NCBI RefSeq assembly: GCF_009914755.1
Contig: NC_060925.1
DNA from: the human T2T-CHM13v2.0 reference genome, Homo sapiens
DNA length: 64,000 bases
Strand: one strand, 5' to 3'
The notes beneath the pieces were generated by a model. It searched no databases. It saw only the letters and a program-made list of their open reading frames with translations, and was not told where the DNA came from. This document shows, piece by piece, positions 51,893-64,000 of the stretch; the stretch's first letter is position 1, and every line of letters starts with the position of its first letter. The position numbers and the translations under genes are program-made.

Positions 51893-52239
<347 letters not shown>

Positions 52240-52242
52240 TCA

Positions 52243-52657
<415 letters not shown>

Positions 52658-52839
52658 CTAGCCATATGAAGATTGGCGGCAAAAACGGTGCAGAGGCCCT
52701 TCTGAAATTCTGCTGCATCTATTTGAAGCCATGAGTGTGTGTGTGTGTGTGTGGGCAGGGGGCGGGGGGTATGTGTTTATGTATGGTGGGAGAGCTAGAG
52801 TGGGAGGAGGCTGTGCAATCTATTACCACCTTTGTTTCA

Positions 52840-53280
<441 letters not shown>

Positions 53281-54464
53281 TTACAGTGACAGCTGTTAAA
53301 CATATACCTAACATTCTATGTAATATGAAGATGAAGATGTTAGAGATTGCAAATTTAATAGGGAATTGGAGATGGACCATAGGAAGAAGGTAGAGACAAT
53401 TCACAACTTACTAGGATGAGTACAACACCTCATTATTTTTTAACAGCAATGACAATACACACACATAAAGATAAAAAAATGCTGGTCTAGCTTGAGAGGA
53501 TCAGGGAATAGTCTAGATTCTATACACGATAATTTTAATCTGATCAATTCAAAATTTAAAAACAGGCTTCTGCTAACATATGTTTATACCTTCTGCTTAA
53601 GCTTGAAAATAAATATGAGCTTTATCCACACTGTCCAGGAAAGGGGATGAACGAACTGAGATAGCATTCCATTTTCAAGCCTGTGCCACTAACATGGCTT
53701 CAAGAAAGCAGCTCTTACAGAGACGCTGTGGCTGAGCTGCCAAGGATGTAGCTCCTTGAACTGTTCATCTGGAAAAGAGAGTGCTTATCAGTTAAAAATT
53801 GAGAAGGCAGATGTGCTTTATTATAACAACTGTGTGTTTAGAAGTGACAGTTCTCAGGGCAGACTTGTGGATACCCCTTCTCAACTCAACCTAAGAATCT
53901 TAGATTCTTTCTTACCAGATGGCAGGCTCAGGTTCCTGACCAGTTCCACGTGGAATAAAGTGGTGAAGCATAATCTTTCTAATAAGATAGGTTCTTTATG
54001 GGATACATTACTTGAAAGACCAGATTACAGTGCAGGAAATGCTAGGTTCCCTGCCGTGCATCTGTGCTCTGAATATCTTGGCTTCCTGACTCTGCCTCTG
54101 ACAAGTTTTATGATGATGAGCAGTCACTTATCTACTGCCTCAGTCTTTTCAACAGGATAAACATGTTAGACCTTGGTGTTTTCTAGGGTCCAACAAGGTT
54201 TCATTACTTTATTATTCTGTTATATCTAGAGTATCTGTTTCAGTTTGGGCAGCCCTATGAGAGATACTGTCCAAAGTGTGTTCTTGAAGTAGCAAGCATG
54301 ATTGTGAATAGTCTAGAATGGTCCAGAAACCACCTCATAGGAGACCCAGTTTGCAGCAGGGATGATTAGCTTAGAGAAAAGAAAATTAAGACTGTCTTTG
54401 AATATTTTAATTAACGTCACGTGGAAAAAAAGAAGTAGACTTAGTCTGTGTTGCTGTAAAATAT

Positions 54465-54685
54465 TTAATTGAGGTGACTCTTATAGGAAGTGCTCTAACC
54501 ACAAAAGGAAAAACAAAACAAAGGGAACAGGAGGAAATTTTTAGAGATGATGGATAAGTTTACGGCACTGATAGTGATAATGGTTTCACAAGTGTATACT
54601 TATGGCAAAGTACATCAAATTATACATATAAAATATCTACAACTTTCTGTATGTCAGCCATACTCAATAAAGCAACTAAAACTAT
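54465..54685 (+). mobile_element. Old L1M 3' terminal fragment
   Basis: GATGATGGATAAGTTTA...AATGGTTTCACAAGTGTATAC...CTCAATAAAGC. Confidence 0.7.
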
Positions 54686-54797
54686 ATATAACTGAGCCTA
54701 GTTACTAGAAGTTTCAGATGTCTGGCTTACTATGTACAGTATAGCCCTTTCCTAAATGTCCAGTAATAAGATAAGCAGCCTATTGAGCTACATGTCA

Positions 54798-55180
<383 letters not shown>

Positions 55181-55617
55181 TTACATTAATAAAGGCATTA
55201 CAGTAGAATCTGATCACAAGGATTGGCAATAGGTATTAGTGATGCTACCAAGACTATTCAGAATGTTATTAAATTGCTTTTGGTAGGGGAAAGTTCTCCT
55301 TTCTATTTAAAAACAAAAAACCTTCTTTAACAGTTATGCCTTAAATTTTACAAGGTTAGAGCATTCCTAAAAAGCTAGGTAAGTCTACAATATTTTACAG
55401 AGATGCTATAAACATGTGACCTCAACCACCTACCAAAATGTCAGGTAACTGCACAGTATCTTCTATATTGTACTCTAATTCTTCGATGTTTGAGTTCCAA
55501 CTATAAAATAATGAGACTCATTTCCCTGTGATATAACTTGTAAGCTCAGTCTCATTACATTTCATTTTAGCTTTTAAGTAGCTTGAATAATCCTTAAAGT
55601 TAGAAAGCAGCATCTGA

Positions 55618-56058
<441 letters not shown>

Positions 56059-56394
56059 TGACCTGTTTGCTGGATCTTAGGAACTTGCAAAATCATTGAA
56101 GGTTCATCTTTTTAAAAATTGTCAATCAGGCAAAGAATAGCTAGAGAATTAGGTTTTGCTCTCCTAGTCAAGAAGGGCATGGATCCTTTGCTACTTATTG
56201 ATGTGTCTGTGTCTTAGTGAACCGAAGAGGCAGGTGATCTGACAGGAATGTCTTTTCAGTGTTTGACTAACTCTCTTTCTATTGTGAATATATCCAAAGT
56301 TCTTTTTGTCTTTCTAAACCCTAACCCAGATAAACGCAATGTATTTTTACACATTTTCTTTTCTTCTATGTGATTTCCTGGAAAGAATGAAAAA

Positions 56395-56560
56395 AACTAC
56401 TAGTTGTTGAGCACCTACCATGTGCTAGGCTCTACGAGAGGTTCCTTTGTATGCATTAATTTATTAAATTTTCAGAGCAGCTTTGCCAGCTAGGTGATGT
56501 TGCCATACAGAAGCTCAGAGGGCTAAGTAACTTATTCATGTCATACAGCTAGTAAATGTG
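56395..56560 (-). mobile_element. MIR
   Basis: TTGAGCACCTACCATGTGCTAGG...AGCTCAGAGGGCTAAGTAACTT...CAGCTAGTAA. Confidence 0.75.
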
Positions 56561-57133
56561 ACTAAAAGATGATGTAATAAGCAATGCCCTGTTTTGGTCT
56601 TAGAGATATATTTAATTATCATTACTCTTGGATTTTTGTCTAGGCCCATCCCAGTAGTATAAACCCACTTTTGTCTGCATCTACTGTGGACAACAAAGAC
56701 ATACCTACCTCATAGCACACAGTGTGTCACCCCTTTTATAGTGTCCATCACACCCTACTTTATCTTTGTATTTGGATACCTCCCTGATTTTAAGCTCCTG
56801 CAGGTCAGAAGGTGTTTCCTTTTTCATTTTTGTAACTACTGAAATAACTACCTAGCATGTTTTGTTACATTCAGTTTTCTTAATTATAGGTCCATGAATT
56901 AAGTCAAATGTGCTTTTCATTTTACAATGGAAATCTATATGTGTCCTGAATATGTCTGATAACCATGACACAGTGGAGTGGTTCAGGAAGAGCATTCTCA
57001 AGTGCAAGGCTCTAACTGGGATTGCAGCACTGACCACCTGCTTCCAGTACTCCAGAGAATGACACTTCTAGTCATTAGACCATGGCTTTGGGACCATTGC
57101 CTGGTTTTTTCTCTTACTCTCTCTTATTGGGTA

Positions 57134-58030
<897 letters not shown>

Positions 58031-58696
58031 ATGGGTGATTCATCCAAAAGAAATGTGAGAAATCATGCATTATTAACTAGTTAAATCGGAAGAGTTTCTT
58101 TTCTCTTATTCCATTTTATGGACTACTTTATAACTCAGAAATGTTTTCTGTGAAGTGTTCTGTTGGGTACATGCTTATAATCCCAGCTACTCAGTAGGCT
58201 GAGGTAGGAGATCCCTTGAGCCCAGGAGTTCAAGATCAGCCTGGGTAACACAGCAAGACGCCATTTCAAAAGAAGAGTGTTCTGTGATTGTTCTGTGATT
58301 TATTACTGAATCGCAACAACAATAAAAAAAGTATTTGGGATTTGGGGAGGAAGAGGAGGAAAAGCTCACTGAAATGAGTGATGCTTTTAGGGCTTCAAAA
58401 ATCCCTAGAATCTCTTTTTTCATTTCACCAAGTAGTGTTCTAGAAGAATCATTTTACCTGATATTGATGAACATTCTATTCTGAAAGAATATCCTGAAAA
58501 AAGGACCAGGGCAGAAATGATGGAAATTTTGAATGCAAGGATTTTTGAGGGGAAGCATGAAGGAAACATGAGGGATTTTTGATGGGGAAACTGAAGTACA
58601 TGACCACTTGTTGTAGTGCCTTGTACACAGCATTTTGTTAAACATACCTAACTGTTTTAAGTGAAACTTGGTTTGCTCATTAAGATAACATATTTT

Positions 58697-58987
<291 letters not shown>

Positions 58988-59410
58988 CATATTTTAATTA
59001 TTACATTTAATACATAGTATATATGATTTTAACTTCTTTTTGTGAGCATCAGAGCCAAACCATACAGTTCCAAAATCATTTTGATTAATTTTTACTTAAT
59101 TTTACTGGAATCTTTTTGGGCAAGTCCTGTTTCTGGTTTATGTAAGAAAAAATGCTTCAGCTAGTACTTTTCAAGACCAAGTTAGTTGAGTGGAAACATC
59201 TTCCCTACCCTTTAAAAAGTCAACTAGAAAAAAATCCTATAACCTAAGAAGTCACTGAATTCTTCATTCACATTTAAGAGCAATTCAGGATGTTCCCTTG
59301 TTCTTAAATGTGAAATGTCTATGGCAGTGCTGTACATAGCAGTAGCACAGTCCTATCAAACAAAATTTAATGCAGAACACCAGTATATATACAAGGTAAA
59401 AATGGAGCTG

Positions 59411-59716
59411 AGGGGAGTGTGTGTGTGTCTAAATGTGCGTGGTGTTGGGGGGGTGTGTGTGTGTGGTGTGTGGGATGTGTGTGTAGGGGGTGTGTGTGTG
59501 GTGTGTCTGTGGGTGTGTGCAGGAGGGTGTGGGGGGTGTGATGTGTGGGGGTGTATGTGGTGGTGTGTGGGCGTGTAGTGTGGAGTGGGAGTGTGGGTGT
59601 GTGGGGGGGTGTGTGGGGAGTGTGTGTGTGGTGTGGGGTATGGGGAGGTGTGGGGGGATGTGTGTGTGTGTGTGGGGTGTGGTGTGTGGTGTGTGGGTGT
59701 GGGTGTGTGTGTGTGT
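59411..59716 (+). repeat. Degenerate GT/G-rich simple repeat (about 300 nt)
   Basis: Mixed (TG)n and G3-G7 runs. Confidence 0.95.
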
Positions 59717-59905
59717 TTAGGGATACAGTATGAAAGGCCCAGAACCTTTTCCTTCTTATGGCCTCCCTCTTCCAGCTGAACCTATCCTCATCCTAGGCAG
59801 TACATCAAACATTTACTCCAGAACTTTAGGACCTGAAATTTATTTGTATATACGTAATATTCTATGCTTATGATCATTTTACATTAAGATCTTTACTTTG
59901 CATAG

Positions 59906-60080
59906 TTTTTTGTTTTTGTTTTTAGAGATGGGGTTCCACTATGTTGCCCAGGTTAGAGTGTAGTGGCTGTTCACAGGCAGGAACGTAGCACATTAGAGCC
60001 TGGAACTCCTGAGCTCAAAGGATCCTCCCACCTCAGCCTCTGGAGTAGCTGGGAATACAGGCACACACTACTGTTCCTAG
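59906..60080 (-). mobile_element. Alu monomer (FLAM/FAM-like)
   Basis: Single antisense arm; TSD TCTwTACTTT-like. Confidence 0.75.
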
Positions 60081-60115
60081 CTCTACTTTATTTAGTTTGT
60101 TAAGAAATCATTTTA

Positions 60116-60385
60116 GCACTTTGGGAGGCCGAGGCAGGCGGATCACAAGGTCAGGAGATCGAGACCATCCTGGCTAACACGGTGAAACCCCATCTCTACT
60201 AAAAATACAAAAAAAAAAAAAAAAAATAGCTGGGTGTGGTGGCGGGCGCTTGTAGTCCCAGCTACTCGGGAGGCTGAGACAGGAGAATGATGTGAACCCG
60301 GGAGGCAGAGCTTGCAGCTGAGATGCTGCCACTGCACTCCAGCCTGGGTGACAGAGCGACAATCCGTTTCAAACAAAAAAAAAAA
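60116..60385 (+). mobile_element. 5'-truncated AluY
   Basis: TSD AAGAAATCATTTT. Confidence 0.9.
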
Positions 60386-61723
60386 GAAATCATTTTTGGA
60401 AGAGATAAAAGGCTTGACAGCAATATATAAATATTTCATTTAAAATAACTTGTTAAATAATACTTAAATGTTAAATTTCTTAAAATTCTTGTTTTTCTGA
60501 GATTTTGGAAAAACAAAACCAAATAATATATTGTTAAGGGAGGCAGAATCTCCCTTCCTATTTCTTTAAGCTCATTTTCATAATTAATCTATTTAGGCCT
60601 ACAGACATACATCAATAAATATGTTTCTATTTGGTTATTTGTAGATATGTAACTCTTATTTGTCAGAGTAGAAAACTAAGACTCACAAAATACATGCTCT
60701 GGCTCTCTTAGCCTTGTTTCTCTTTGTACCATGCTATAATTTGTATGGAGAAACCAGCCTGGTACTTAAGAGAGCAACTACAGAACCACAGAATCAAGAT
60801 GCTGAATATGGATTAGTTAATTGTTAGGATAAAGTTAAGAGACTGTCCCTATGGTGATTTGGTCATTTTGCCTTCATTTGGCTACAACTGATTATTTATT
60901 CACAACAAGTAAACTAATATAACACATTAGCACTAAGATTGTAAAATTTTGAACTATGGATAATTTTTATATTACTGGGGAAGGATTAATTTGACCAGAG
61001 ATTTATCAGAACAATGTTTTCAACTATTAGCTGAGTGTTTATCAAGGTCTGTGGCATACAAAAGTTATTTTTGCTTTGAGAATTTCAATTCTAATAGTTC
61101 TTTAAATGTATACTCTTAATACGTGTTAGGTTTTTATTATTTATCATATTGCTTGTTTACAAAAATCTTCCTTTTAATCATGGCCAGCCTTCCCAGAATC
61201 CTGAAATGCTTCTTGTATTTGCATTGCAAAGAGTCATTATTATTGCATAAACACTTCAACTTGAGGGTGTGTCATTTCTTGGTTGCTTGGTCTTTGGCTC
61301 TTCTGTCCATACTCTATCATTTTACCCTAATACCTCTCTTCTGTAGCAGTTTCAGTCATCTAATAAGGATTGGAACATCCCACTTTAAATCCAAGTATAA
61401 GATCTATTCTCGTTGTTAGAAAGCAAGAGTGAATAAAGGTCAGCTGTTCAGATGACTGGCTGTCTGATTTTTTTCTGTGAGCGTCACATGTTAGGAAAAG
61501 CTAGTTCATCTCTCTGTGGCTTAGGATTCAACAGCATAAGCTGTCAGACTAACACTGATTGAAGGTAGACTGGGAGGGGGAAGCGCATCTGTCCAATGGC
61601 TCGCCATTGGCTTCTTATTACAGCATTCTCCCCTGAGACACACTCTGCATGCTCATTCACCTACCTCCTCCTCTTCCCTCCCCTTCCTTCCCTACCCCTT
61701 CATTACTGATTCACAGCGAGAGG

Positions 61724-61762
61724 CAGCAGCAGCAGCAGTAGCAGCAGCAGCAGCAACAACAG
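61724..61762 (+). repeat. Interrupted trinucleotide repeat (CAG)5 TAG (CAG)4 (CAA)2 CAG
   Basis: Read directly. Confidence 0.95.
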
Positions 61763-61894
61763 CGCTGCTTGTCACGAATCGAGGATTGCAATGAGCTCAT
61801 CGTTTTCTCCTTGCAGCTTCACAACTGCCCTGGCTTCCTGGCTACTGCTGCTGCTGTCTTCTCACACATAGACACGCACACACACCCTTTCTCG

Positions 61895-61919
61895 CACACA
61901 CACACACACACACACACAC
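61895..61919 (+). repeat. (CA)n microsatellite in putative 5' UTR
   Basis: About 12 CA units with degenerate CA-rich flanks. Confidence 0.95.
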
Positions 61920-62272
61920 TCTCACACATTCTCACATGCTAGACCCTTCTAAGCAGCTTGTCCGTTTTTACACATGTATCTGAACTCTCCTGCATCACTC
62001 TTGGCCATTTTCTCGCATTCGATTGCTTTTGCCGTTTTTTATTTAGATCAGTACTTGATTTCATTTTCATTTTCCAGTCTACTTTGGGGTTCTCGCAGTG
62101 GATAATTTAGCCAAAATGTTTTTCTTGTGGAGACATTAGCTGACAATTCCCACCACAGACTGGCTTGTACGTCCTCCCAGGGAGACCTAAACCTGGCTCC
62201 CCTCCCACCGCAGTTCTTAATATTGTGGATAAGAGATCCATCTTTCTCATTCTGGATACCTACTTAGTGCTC

Positions 62273-62440
62273 ATGGAAGAAGGGGTGCCCTGCCCAGCCC
62301 CAGCTGCTAAGCTCACACCTCCTGTCAAAAAGTCCCAGGACATGCACGACGAGAGGAGCAAGCTGGTGAATGAGTATGCGTGTCGAGTGCTGGAACTTCT
62401 GGGGATGGGGCATCGTCTGTTTGTGCCTCGGCTTCTGGCG
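62273..62440 (+). CDS. RABGAP1L: Coding part of RABGAP1L alternative first exon (short isoform N-terminus, 56 aa MEEGVPCPAPAAKLTPPVKKSQDMHDERSKLVNEYACRVLELLGMGHRLFVPRLLA)
   Basis: ATG 62273; open frame to GCG|GTGAGA donor in phase 0, the same phase as the micro-exon donor; non-repetitive, CpG-retaining sequence; matches my recollection of the short RABGAP1L isoform N-terminus. Confidence 0.85.
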
Positions 62441-64000
62441 GTGAGATTGTTTTTCATTGAACTTCATTTGTAGGGAATCTGCTATCCTCTGTGAAAATTC
62501 CTTGTATCTCTGAAAGAGGCTTGTTGTCTCTGGTTTTCTTCTCCTTCTCCCCATTCTGCCGAGAAGGAAATGCTGAGTGGCCACTGTTGTGCAGCTCATT
62601 TGGAGCCTGGTCCACACCACCCCTTAATTGGTTAGAGGAGATCATGGCTCTTTTCTCAGAGCCCAGGGTCACATTAGTGGCATTATCTCTGTGGCAGCAA
62701 AAAAATGGTTTTCTGCCTGGCTAGGCTCAGCAATAAAGCAGAATACCCAAGTGCTTGATGTAGGCATTCTGTTATGTATATCTCCAAAGGGTTAAATTTT
62801 ACAACAGACATAGCAACTTATCTAGACTGTGTGTGGTTTGCTTTCTAACCTCCCCATTAGATTGCCAATTTGATTGTTGTTTTGTTTTGTTTTTTGATAG
62901 AGAATTTTACCACCTAAAAATACTTTGGTAGGAAATTTTAGGTTTCTCTCCTAGAATGATTGAACTGTTTATCTGTGAAACAGCTTAAAGCTGCTGGCTT
63001 CTGTGCTGTGAATCTGGGAAGTCTGACTTGCTTGTTATTTGATTTCCTGAATAAGAGAAAAATCACCCTTCCTCATTTCCTACCAAGGGTTAAAATTAAA
63101 TACCCACAATCGCTGTTGCAGGCTTGAGAACTATACCTAGCAACTATTCTATAAGGTAATTGGTTTACAGTAGTCCTATACCATTATGTGGTAATGGAAT
63201 AAGAATAATTTAGCCTTGTCTGTTTTATAGAATGGAGTTTAATACCATTTTAGACTATTTCCTCACTATGGTTCTCTCATATTAGAGTCTTTTCAGTACA
63301 GTATTTACATGACTGAATTTAACTCTTTTCTCTCCTATATCTCCCTTCACTATAATTCATCTCTATTTATACTTATCTTTACAATTACTAGTTCAGTCTT
63401 TATGTATGTATTTACATGCAAATATAATCTCTTCTGTACAATCATAACAGACATGTTAGATAGCCATGTAAATAAGAAATTTCCCATCCTAAGGAAAGTC
63501 TATTTGTCATTCCAAAACAAAGTTTGATGCAGTGACTAGCATACAATTATAGGGGGGATATTTTTGAGAAATGTAGTTCCTTTGTCATTTAAAGAAGAAA
63601 TAAAAAGAGCTGAAGACATGTGTTTTAATGTCCAGGTGAAGTCATTACTTCCCTGAACCTCATCTTTTTCTTAAAGGAGAAAACTAAGGATTCATGATTC
63701 TATTTAGAAAGGAGTTTTGTTTTGTTTTGTTTTGTTTTGTAAGTGAAATGAGAAGCATTTTATTTCAGGAGTTTTGATATTGTGAAGTGCTAAACTATAT
63801 TTCAACAAATTCTCTACATCTCTGAGGAATCAGGCTTGGTCTAATATATTTCTGCATCCTAAAGACTACTCAACTTTGTGACTCAAAGGCTTCCAATGGT
63901 AACTTTCCAGTAATTTGGTGCCACCTCTCTTTGGCATTTACATTTTCAGTGTTTTGAAGGAATACATAAATTGGTAATTAAGAATATTTTGCATACTCAA

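Larger units (their letters stand above)
61560..62272 (+). promoter_or_regulatory. RABGAP1L: Internal promoter and 5' UTR of short RABGAP1L isoform
   Basis: Free of interspersed repeats, with locally retained CpGs; GGGAGGGGG box, palindromic double CCAAT (61593-61610), pyrimidine tract, CAG and CA microsatellites upstream of ATG 62273. The TSS cannot be fixed from sequence. Confidence 0.7.

Noticed and set aside
53756-54160. 134-aa ORF in apparently unique sequence
   Set aside because: TTG start, no recognisable homology or exon boundaries; length compatible with chance.
59315-59779. Cys/Val/Gly-rich ORFs
   Set aside because: Translation of the GT-rich simple repeat.
61724-61762. Possible polyglutamine-coding tract
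   Set aside because: TAG interrupts the CAG frame and the tract is not connected in frame to ATG 62273; treated as non-coding.
62260-62672. Antisense ORFs overlapping the alternative first exon
   Set aside because: Shadow frames of a GC-richer coding exon; no independent support.

Overview
Primate (most likely human) intronic DNA from the + strand gene RABGAP1L, identified by recognising translated exon sequence. Only two protein-coding segments are supported. One is a 42-nt phase-0 micro-exon (14273-14314, GLNIIFHVALALLK, C-terminal part of the TBC domain). The other is an alternative first exon about 48 kb downstream (ATG 62273 to donor 62440, MEEGVPCPAP...FVPRLLA) with its own promoter-like region, which would give a short isoform lacking the PTB and catalytic TBC regions. 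The rest is mostly transposable-element DNA: about 42 Alus, L1/L2/MIR fragments, MaLR and ERV1 solo LTRs including a complete HERV-W LTR17, an SVA2 element, a processed BANF1 pseudogene and a tailless 5S rRNA retrocopy. Nearly all ORFs in the supplied track are repeat-derived artefacts. I found no convincing new biological system. The best leads are the leader of the internal promoter (an interrupted CAG tract with a perfectly complementary interrupted CTG tract, four uORFs and a double-CCAAT palindrome), a CTGTCAGCT motif cluster near 8 kb, a candidate UG-flanked cryptic exon near 59.3 kb, and several datable nested insertions. Repeat family names come from recalled consensus sequences and their boundaries are approximate.
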